From: Camelus dromedarius
Taxonomy: Eukaryota
Assembly (NCBI RefSeq): GCF_036321535.1
Contig: NC_087447.1
Coordinates: 48,610,001 to 48,674,000, forward strand
Direction of reading: 5' to 3'
Length of the DNA: 64,000 nt
The position numbers and the translations under genes were made by a program. The notes under the pieces are model-generated. The model made no database searches. It saw only the letters and a list, made by a program, of their open reading frames with translations, and was not told where the DNA came from. How positions within the stretch are numbered: the stretch's first letter is position 1; each line of letters starts with the position of its first letter. Positions 35,972-46,800 of the stretch are shown piece after piece.

Positions 35972-38309
35972 GGAGGTAGACTGTAAAGATAGCCATAATC
36001 CTCTTTCCTTCCTGTACCCACATCCTTTGTGGTGTGACTTTGCATCTTCCTCCATTAAGAAGTGGAGTCTATTTCCTCTTCCCTTGAAACTGGGAAGGCC
36101 TTATTACTTTCTTTAGCCAATAAAGTTCAACAAAAGGGACAGTGTGCCAGTTTTGAGCCTAGGTCTCAAGAGGCATTGCATGCTTTGGTCCTCTCTTTTG
36201 GAACCATGTCCAGGCACCTATGTGAACAAGCCTGGGCTAGCCTGCTGTTTTATGGGAGCAACGTGAGGCAGAGCTCAGCCAACCCAGCTACAGCTATCCT
36301 GAACCAACCAGCACCCAGTCAACTTGGCAGCTGATCTCCATTTGGTAAGTGAACCCAGCTATGACCAGAAGAACCAGCCTGCGGACCTCAGTCCAAACTG
36401 CCAAACTGCAGAACGGTGAGATAAATAAATAGTTGTTGTTTTAAGCCACTAAGTTGTGTATAGTTTGTTTTGCAGTAAAAGTTGACTGTTATGGAAATTG
36501 GTGTCTGAAATGCTACCTTTAACAAAATCTCAAAATTCATAGCATTGGCTTTGGGATCAGGGATGGGTGGAGATTGGAAAAATGGCAAGCCAACAGTGAA
36601 GTCTGGGAAAATGGTGAGGAAATTGTGACTGGCGGCTGGAAAAATGGTAATCTGTGTTTTATAATGGCAAAACAATTGGCAAAACTGTTGCCTGTAGCAA
36701 CTTGGGAGATGGTGGAAAAATACTCAAAAACTTTTGGTTCAATCAAAGTCCTGATTTCTAGGCAGAATGCTTAAAGTGTCAGTTGGGTGCTCCCAGCTGG
36801 GTGTGATAACCTTATAACAGGAAGAGAGGTATCAGCTAAAGAAAGAACTGGCCTGCCTGAAACATGAATTTAGAGAGAATAGAGAGGGGCAGGACTTACC
36901 ATGTTAAAAAATAAGACATTCTTCATTTTGAGGCTTTCTAGCCAGCAAAGAATTCTTACAGGGAAACATAGCCTGGAGATGTGAAACACATCAAAGGTGT
37001 GGCTGTAACACACTAAACACCTCTGAGAGAATTAAAATAATGTCTAGTAGATTCCTAGGCAAAAAGACTTATTGGAATCTTAAAAGCAATATCCACAGAA
37101 GACTGATTCCAAAATAGCAGTGATAAAATCGAGAGAGATGTCTCAAAAACAATTGGGTCTGTGTCATTTGGAGTATGGAGTAGACTATAATCAGATACAT
37201 TGAAAACCCACAAAGTTTTTAAGTGAATTGTACATGTGAAAGTACCACCATCCTGAATCAAAAGGGACTCAAATAATTCAAATTGCTAATTCAGCTGCCA
37301 ATATAAGCCACTTCTTCAGAAATAGCCAAGGAAGATGATAGACAAAGGATAGTCCAGAAGGCAGAGCCAAGAAGCACAGAATTCAATAGACTAGGAAACC
37401 ACTCCCAGGGAGCAGAACTTAGGCCTGACCAAGGGATATTCCCTCTCCTAGGATAAGGGACCTGACAACTTCTGTTTTCCTGGAGTACAGAATTGCTCTA
37501 TTTAAGAATGACTATGTGCTTCTTATGCTTCTCCTTCTTGAACGGAAGTGTCCACTGAGGTTATCCTGTCTGTGTCTCATTGTATACTAGGTGTGTGGGA
37601 GGCAAATAACTTATCTTTTTAATTCATAAGTATCAAGATCAGAATGAATAATATTCATCAAGTCACATACAAACCTGATGTAGATGATAAGATCCTAGAC
37701 TTCGAGTCTGATGACATAATCGCGAGGCTCTTGGGGTTCCTGGATTGGAAATGAGCATATTTTGCCTGTTGGAGGAATGTGAATAATTATAGTCAGAGAG
37801 TATTTACTGTGGTAGACTACAAAAATGGTCACAATCCTCCAGTCCTCACTGAATCCATACTCTTTGAGTTGTGACATTGCAGCTCTTCCCATCAAAAGAT
37901 TGAAACTATTTCTCCAACCCTAAATCTAAACTGGCTTTGTGGTATTTTTGGCCTGTAGAATGAAGCAGAGGCATGCTTAAGTCTCAAGATGCCTCAAGAG
38001 CATGGTTCAACTCTTTTTCTTGTAATCTTGTCATGCCACCCATGTGAACAGAACTGACCTAGCCTGCTGGAAGACAAGAGACCACATGGAGCAGAGATGA
38101 GCCATTCCAACAGAAGCTATCTAGCTCCCAGGCAACTTGGCAGCTGACTTCAACACATGAGTGAACCTAGCCATGACCAAAACAGCAACTCAGCTGAGCT
38201 CAGCATAAAATGTTGAGCTGCAGAATTGTGAGCTATATAAATACTTGTTTTAAACCACCAAGTCCTTTGGGGTGGGTAGTTAATTATTCAGCAAAAGCTA
38301 ACCAATTAA
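35972..38309 (+). mobile_element. MaLR element with LTR-internal-LTR structure (MLT1G-like)
   Basis: Two similar roughly 500-bp LTRs (about 35972-36493 and 37808-38309, both opening GGTAGACT and closing TTTTAA(G/A)CCAC) around about 1.3 kb of MLT-int-like sequence. Confidence 0.8.
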
Positions 38310-38696
38310 AAGACATCTAACCAATATAGGAGTCAAGGCAGGGAACTGGATTAGGTAGGGGTTTAAAAGGAAAGGAAAATATACGAGACAAATGAGAAAG
38401 AGTATTGACATTTATTGTTCTAGGTAGTGGTTTCATGGGTGTTTGTTGTATCTTTCTAATTTTCTTTGTTTTAAAGTTTTTATCATACAAAATCAGATTA
38501 AACTATAACTTTAAATTTAATATAAAAAAGTGATCATGTCCATTTAAATATGTTGATAATTTCCAAATTTAGATCTCTAGCTTAGACTCTTCTGAGTTCC
38601 AGACTCGTATTTCCAATTGCCTACTTGTCATCAACACTTGGATTTCTCTAAGGTTTCTCAAATATAACATGTTCAAAATTGATTTATCTTTCTACC

Positions 38697-39310
38697 TGTG
38701 ATAGCCAGTCTCAAAAGTGACCCTCATGATTTCCACCTCCTGTGTAGTCCCTTCCACACTGTATCAGGATTGTTCTGTATGACCACAGAATTTTGCAGAA
38801 ATGACACTGTGTGACTTCCGAGGCCAAGTCCTTAAAGACACGGTGGCTTATGCCTTGCTCTCTCATTGAATCACTCACTCTGGAGGAAGCAAGGTGCTTT
38901 GTTGTGAGGACACTCAAGCAATCCTATGGAGAGGCCCACGTGGTGAGGAACTGAGCCCTCTTGCCAAAAGCCATGTGAATGAGCTATCCGGGAAGCTGAT
39001 CCTCCAGCCCCAGCTGATCCCAAACCTTCAGATGACTGCAATCCCATAGAGACATTGATCCAGAATCACCAGTTAAGAAGTACTCATACTCCTGTTCCAC
39101 AGGAACAGCCAGGGCTTCCAAGCTCACACGTGTGCCTCTCCATAGGGCTGCTGGTGACATGGCAGCTGGCTTCACGCAGAGCAAATAATCTGACAAAAAG
39201 TATCAAGATATAAGATAAAGTGTCTTTTATAAACTAATCTTGGAAGTGGAATGCCATCACTTCTGCCTGGCAGGGATTATTGGGGGCCCCCTTGGAGGCT
39301 GGCTCTCACA
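38697..39310. mobile_element. Two MLT1F-like LTR fragments in opposite orientation
   Basis: Forward copy starts TGTGATAGCCAGTCTC at 38697; reverse copy starts TGTGAGAGCCAGCCTCC at 39310. Confidence 0.7.
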
Positions 39311-41739
39311 CTGCTCAAGGTCTCATAGTGATTGACAGAAAGAGGGGACTTGAAACTAGGCACTCAAATTAGAACCTGTGTTCTTTACTACAGCAAAAGG
39401 AATAAAAGGAGGGAGTTTTACAGATACTATATAACAAAACTCCACAGTAACTGAATCCAATTGACAACTACAGCTGGATGTGAAATCCTGGCTGTGCTAA
39501 AGTTATTGGAAGTAAAGGCAAGGCTCAGTGGGTAAATCATAAGACGACCCCAACTCTGGAAACTGAAAAGTAGAAGATGGGTTCTTAGTGTACTGAGTTT
39601 TCTACTCATCTAATCCACACATAAGCTGACTAAATGGGTGTCAACTAACCAGGCAGCAAATTCCAGAATCCTTGCTGCCATTTCAGATTCCCAGCCAGCC
39701 TTAGAACCAGGAATTGCTTCTAAGCCGCAGTCAATATTGGATAGATCTGGATGGCACAACCAAACTCCCAGAACTCTGGGCTGGCTCCATTATCCTAGTA
39801 ATCTTATGACTCCATATTTTATTCAGTTTTAATTGAAAAAAATTCCTCACCTCCATCCTGTTGCATTCAGAAGGGGTTTTCATGCATTAGGAAGTAAAAC
39901 TGGCAGCACCAGGTGCTTATTTCAGTGTGGGGAATGGGGAGGGAGAGAGAAGAAATAATAAATGATAACTCACCAAGACAGTCCATACAGGACGAGGAGC
40001 AAGCTTGCCGGCATCAGTGGGGGTAGTCCGGTGTGAGAAAGAAAAAAAAGCTTAGACCGGCCAATGTAAGTTTGAGGTGCTGTGGGATATCCAGGTAGAG
40101 ATGACTTGAAGACTGTTGGATGTGTGACTCTGAAGCTTAGAAAGGTCTGGCCTAAAAACATAGATCTGTGGGTCGTCGACTTCAGAGTGGTAGTTGGAAC
40201 TTTGGGCGTTTCACCCAGGAAGAGTGTGCAAAATCGTAATGCCATTGGCTGAGATCAGAAGCCAATTATCCAGCCTCCACAGGATGCTTCTTCCTGCTTT
40301 CTTCCTGCTGTCTTCTGTGTCTGCAAGGCCTTTCTCTACCTGACAAGCTCCCGCTCTTCCTTCAAGTCTCTATTGTAGTCCTGGCAATTCTTTAGTGCCT
40401 TCCTGGATCCAGGACAGCTGCCCCTACTCTACTCCTGCACCAGTCCATGCTTACCTCTACCACCTCACTTCTATTGCACTGTCATTGTTTCTGTCTTCTT
40501 AAAAGCTATGGGTTACATCTTACCAGGTTTTTATTCACTGTGCTGCTTCTACTAGGAAAAGCAGAAGGAGAAAGAGACTACCACTCATAAGACCTGAGTA
40601 TTAGTCCCAGGTTTGCCCTTGAACGGTTTTGTGACTCAGGGGATCACTTCTCCTCTCTGGATCTTAGTTATCTCCTGACTACAAGTAGAGAGGACTCCTT
40701 CTGCTTGAAGATTGATTCACTGAATGAATTTTAACCAGCCATCATGGGGGAGAAAGCAGCAGATTGGGAGTAAGATGACTTGGGTTCCACAGAAATCTGT
40801 TCTGTAGACTCAAGTGGATCCCCAACCAACCCTCAGGCTTTCCTCATTGTAAAGAAAGATTCTTGCATTGAATTTGAGTTCCTTCCAGGGCAGAGGTTCT
40901 GAGTTTGTTTCAGGAGACACGGATCCCCGTCCACCAGGGGGAAGCATGCATACATGGGAATGGCAAACAACTGGGAAAAACTCTGATTCAGCTGCTGTTT
41001 CATTTTTTTCTGCTCTTGCTCCCTGCCTCCCTGGGAATAAATCTCTTCTGCCCCTCCCCAACTCCAGCTTTCCTTATTTAGCTTCAAGTTGGGCTTTTCC
41101 CCCTCCAGGCTGTGACTCTGCTGCAGCCAGTCTGGCTAGAAGCCCTCTAGCAAGTCTTAAGTACTCCTGCTTCCCATTTGGCACCCACACATTTCCTTTG
41201 CTTTAGGTTGAATTTATTCACATACCATGTGTGCCTCCTCCTCTTTGCTTATTCACAGCCTACTTGCCTTTAAAAATGCAGCTCAAATCCAATTCAGTTC
41301 ACTTCAGCTGAACCCCTGAGGGCTCATTATCTGCTTGGCTCACTTCTGGGCACTGGGGAACTGCACTGAGTCAGCCAATTCCAGCCCTCGGGGAGCTCAC
41401 AATCGACTGGGAGAGTCTGACACACAAACAGATCATTTCCTTGTGGTGTGGGAAGTGCTATAACAAAAGGGAGCTGTGGAGCACAGAGGCCCCGCCCAGC
41501 GTGGTTGGTGGGGTGGGGGTGGGCAACAGGCAGGAAGGGCTTTTTGGAAGGGATGATGGTTGAGTCAAGGGTTAAAAGAGGAGTTGTTTGTAAAGCAAAA
41601 GGTGTCAAGGAGTATACTGCAGGCAGAGCCCTCTCCGTGCCACCTGGTGTGCAGTGATGTTAGGTAGAAACCTTACCTTTTTCTACTCTGGGCTGGCACT
41701 ATATATTTATGGTGTTACATTACTTCTGGACCCAGCTCT

Positions 41740-42097
41740 TTGAAAACTGTCCATAGGGTGATTAGGGAGGTGAGAGAGATCTAAAACACAGGTCACACAA
41801 GGAACAGTGGCTGAATTATGCATATTTAGACTGAGGGAAAAGCCTCTGAGTGACAAGTAAACGGACTTTTGTATAACACTGAATTTCCAAGTGCGACCAA
41901 AGTGTAGAAGCCTGGAGGCAGATTTCAGCTGAACACAAAACGGAACTCTACTGGCCTTTCTTTCAAAGAGAACAACTTGTTTGGCAAGTTGTCGTCACTG
42001 GAGAGGTTCAAATATGCATTCCCATTTGGTCGTCACATTGTAGAAAATGATGAGATTGGATAAGATGACCTTTAAGGTTCTTTCCAGTGGTGGATTC
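41740..42097 (+). mobile_element. CR1/L3 LINE 3' end
   Basis: GGAGGCAGATTTCAGCT...TCACTGGAGAGGTTCAA...TTGGATAAGATGACCTTTAAGGTTCTTTCCAG. Confidence 0.65.
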
Positions 42098-43879
42098 TCT
42101 CATATCTTCCCCACTACCACTCTCTACCCCCACCATTATCTCTTGGAGACTGTTTGCTTCAACCTCCCTGTGACTCTCATTACCTCCTGACCAACGTCCA
42201 AGCTCCGCAGCACAGCACACAGGGCCCTCTCCCACCTCACCACTCACATCCCTACTCCCAGCACAGCAATACCAAACCACTCAGTAGTTCTCTGCACACT
42301 CATACTATGTTGTGTGCTTAAGATGCCCACCCCCTTCCTTTGCCTAGCTTTTACTTGTTCTCCAACACTCTGCTCTGGCACTGTAGCAGACGTTTGCCAC
42401 CTATTGTCTGCACCATGATTTCTGATTCATCAATTAACTTCCTCCCACTATGTCTTGATGGAAGGGTAACTGCAGTGGCCTGTCTCCTGCAACCATTCAG
42501 AAGGAAGCTGAGGGGGTCACATCCGTCCCTTATCAAGCTCTAGTTTCAGCTAGGAGGCTGGCATGTGACAAAAGTCCAACTGGGGCATCTCTCCAGGTGC
42601 TCTGAATCCAAAGACATCAGGAATAGATAAAGGTGATCTGGTAGTGGGGAGGCAGTGGGAACAGTATCCTGAACAGGCTGTTCCAGACACAGTATAGTTG
42701 CTGTGTCTTTGTTCCTACTTCTTAGCCTTCTGGAGTACCCTTGGTTCCTACATTTTTCCAGGCCAATAAATATTAATAAAATGAATGATTGAAGCAGAGG
42801 GATAAAGGTCAAAGACTGAATTCAAAGCAAACCAAATGCAAAGTTGGACCATTAATGATTAGAACCAGAGGTAAAGAGAGCAAAATAAAGATAAAGAGGA
42901 GAATGGCTGCATCACTAACAGGAATGAGGAAGTGCTAGTTTGGTACCCCAAACTAGACAGAGAGGAAGGATGGGGGAAAAAACATTTTTACTATAATCCT
43001 TCTTCCAAGACACCTCCATTTACATACACATGAACGTTTCTCCCTTGGGGATGATAACAGTCCTAGTATTATTTTAGGCTGAGTTAGCTTCTTGGTCTCT
43101 GATTTAGATGGGTCTCAGGCTAATGGCCTTGCCCTTACCCTCAGAGACTGTGAAATTTAAAGAACTTGTCAAATAGCACATATCCAGTGGCAGAAGAAAT
43201 CAAAGATAACTTGGAGGTTTCAAAGCAGGAGGATGTGGGACTAAGAAAGCAGGAAGAAAACGCTGAGTTTGAGACCTTAGCAGGAAATGGGCAGAGATGA
43301 CCCCGGAGCAGTGAGAAGTAGGTGTTGCCTTGTTGAGACACTGATTAATGGGTTCATAAATCTCTACAGCTGGTGGTATCCTACTGCATATTTCTCATCA
43401 CGTGCAACTCTGTGCATATGCACAAACAATGCAGCATTCAGTGCTTCTCTTCTGCAGGCAGAAACATGAGATGGGTTCATTCATTCAATATATATTTACT
43501 GGGCACCTACTATGTGCTATGCACTGTTCTAGGCAGTGGTAAAATAGTGAAAAGGCTATAGTCATGGAGACTACAAAGACAAGTAATATTACTCCTTAAA
43601 TTTATTCATTATATTGTTTATGTGCTATGAACAACATAAAATAGGGGAAGAGGTAAGGATGTGGTTAGTATGGTTCTCAGAATAGTCCATGCAGACGGTG
43701 GTAAAATGACCCTGTAGAATGTTACTCTCGCTCATCTTACCTTTGAACCTGTTCAGAGGAAGGCAGGCAGTGGAGACCAGGACTACAGAGTTCTAACAAC
43801 CCTGGAAACTCACTCCATGACCACTGTACTATCACAGATATGTAGTTACTACTTTGAAGGATTTCCAAACCTTTAACTT

Positions 43880-46800
43880 TTTATTATGTTAGCTGATGCT
43901 AACATGGGCAAATTAGTTCCACTGAAGGAGAGAAGCGGAAAAGTAAGATGGAAAAATTTTAATGTTAGCTCTTTCTTCTGGGACTTCTGATGAACCAATC
44001 ATGAAATATTTACTGAGTAATGAGCTCTAATACTCATGTAGGGTCAAAGTAGATTCTAGGATATGCCATGCTTATATTTCAAGAACATTTCAGCTTGGAT
44101 AGAAAACTTTATGAACTACACAATATCTAAGATAATAAAAATTACACAGAAACTCTTGCCTATGAAGAGACCTGTTTATTACTGATAACACTTCATTTGG
44201 CTAAAACCACAAGAAAACCACACACACAAATACTTAAAGTGCAAATTCTCATAGGCAGTACTTATAATACACCTTGGTGGTTTTGTAGGGAAAAATGAGA
44301 TGCTGACAGAAACTATTAAAACAAGAGCACAATTGTGAGCTACTGCTATACAGAAAAATAATTAATTCTTAACTGCATATATTTTTATCTGGCATATTCA
44401 ATGATGTATACAAAGAGTTTATTTTAGCCTATAACACAAGGTCTCATCATATATAGACGCAACTCTTGTTTGACTGGCTCTTGTAAGATACATGATGAAT
44501 CATAATACTGGACAAAAATATAACAAATAGCATCAAATTAGTTGTGACTCACTTGGAAGGCAGCACTAGTAGGCTCATAATGGCACTAATATTAGTGATG
44601 TTAAGTCTAGAGATAATTTCTTGGCCATCTTGGCCAACATCTTGCTTTGAGTGTAAAATACTAGGCATTTCATACAATTTCCAAATAGGAATATGCTCTG
44701 CTCTCCCCAAAGGAACAGAGTATTTATGGGTGTGTGTGCTTAATTAACATTACTAATTACAAATTTCAGTACTGAGAATTATTTTTTTAAAAGCTGAATC
44801 AGAAAATTAACCTTTTTTGATTGTTTCTTAAACTATTTACTTCCTTAAAATAAAATCCCATAATTCCTCTCATCACCAACTAAGCACTCTATAAGATGTA
44901 CCACACTAGGTGCTGTGGATATGAAAAATAATAAACCATGATCCCTGCTCTCAGGGAACTGACAGTAGGGTGCTTATTCTTAGTCAAGGGATGCCAATGA
45001 ATTAAAGAGAGCAAAACTGACCAACACATTTGATTATATTACAAGGTTTGGTGGTAACATAACTGATTCAGGTCGCTTTAATTTGGCATTAGTACTTTCA
45101 AAGGTCAGCTTCTAAAGGACAGAGAAAAGTCCTAGATATGTTCTATGCTTATATTTCTCACACTAGGATCGGTCAGTGTGTGTACCCCTAGGGATACGCA
45201 GCAACTTTTGGCGGGGGTGCTCAGGGAGAAAACTGAGAGCCCATGTGATAAACATGGTGCCTCTTTCTGGCAGCACTAGTTTCCATGAAGACTGAAGGAA
45301 GCATTTTTATATTAAAACAGTTTTATTATGGAGAACGCAAAATTCACTTACATTTTTAAGACAGGACAGGAAATTTCACGAGTGGCAGGCTGCTTTTGAT
45401 TTTGCTCTGAGGCCCCTTCCCCCACACATTCCTGCTCCTCTGCTTTAGGATTATGCTGGTGGAAACATTCGAGAAGCAAACTTTAGATATGTCACTTTGC
45501 CCTTATCTTGGTCACTTTACTCATTTTTGTATGTTCTCTTTTTTAGGTACACAGTCTTGAATTAACCGAGAGAAGAGATATCCTAATGAATGCAACAGTA
45601 TGGTGAATACTTTCAAGTAACCAATGGTAAACAGTAACTTTGTTTTTGTCAGTTTGTGTAAAGAGTCAGACAATGAGAGAATCTCTTCTTTCCACTTAGA
45701 CTTCTTATGGCAAAATGCTTTGAGGGACAGATGTGAAAAAGGATTTCCTTAGACCTTGTGCTTTGGATGCCCAAAGTACAAGAAAATCTGAAATAAAATG
45801 CTAGATCAATTGACCATTCCTTTTGGTTAGCATGACTCTTTCTTCATCAGTTTCTAGAGTGATCTCAGAAAACAAGTGAATTGTAAAAGGCCATAATAAG
45901 TTAATATATAGCAATATCCGGACAGACTGAAAAAAGTTTATGCAACAGATTTAAAATTACTTCTTACAATGTCTTAAATATTCTCACAGTAAAAACAAAA
46001 TAACCAAAAGTCCATAAACAAAACAGCTTAGGAATAAGTTTAAAGCATTCTGAATGAATACAGTTAAGATTTCTTATCAGTGAGGTAATAGGGCAATAGC
46101 TTTTCACAGTAACAAAATGTAGGAGGGCACCTAGGGAAAGAGGGAGGTAGAGAGAAAAAGGCATAAAACAAATTTCTCCAAGCAGAATTTGGATTTTTCA
46201 AGCATCACAAACATCAATGGAAAACATGGTGAGAGAAATACCGATAGCAGCAGTTCGTAGAACAATTTCTCCATTAAACTTCAGCTAATACCTTTGTTGC
46301 ATCAATTCCAGAAGCAACGTGCTTAAGAAATGGGAGGTCTATTCTCTATGTAAAGATATTCCAAAACATCCAACCTCTTAGAATCTTTCTGTCAGCTGAA
46401 GTTATGACATCCAAATAACAATAATTTATTATTTAAAACAAAATCCTCAAATATCCTATAATGGTATACATTCTTCAAGATAAACAAAACTGTGTTCAAG
46501 TGTCACTTAGTTTGCCAGATTAAATTGAGCAGGTCTTTATACAGTGAATAAAGGCTGCATTCATGCATCTACTACTCAATATATACAAGAACTGTCTTGT
46601 GAGCTAAACGCTTCTAGACATGGAGTGAAACTTAAATGTTACTTTCAGTGCTCTTTATGACATCATCTTTGCTCCAACCTGAGATTAAAAAAAAAAAAGT
46701 ATTGGAAGGAAACTTGAAAAGCCATTTAGTATATCCCTTAATATTAAATTTTTTAATTTAATTTTTTTTAAGTCTCTATTACCTCTTATTCTGTCTTCGT

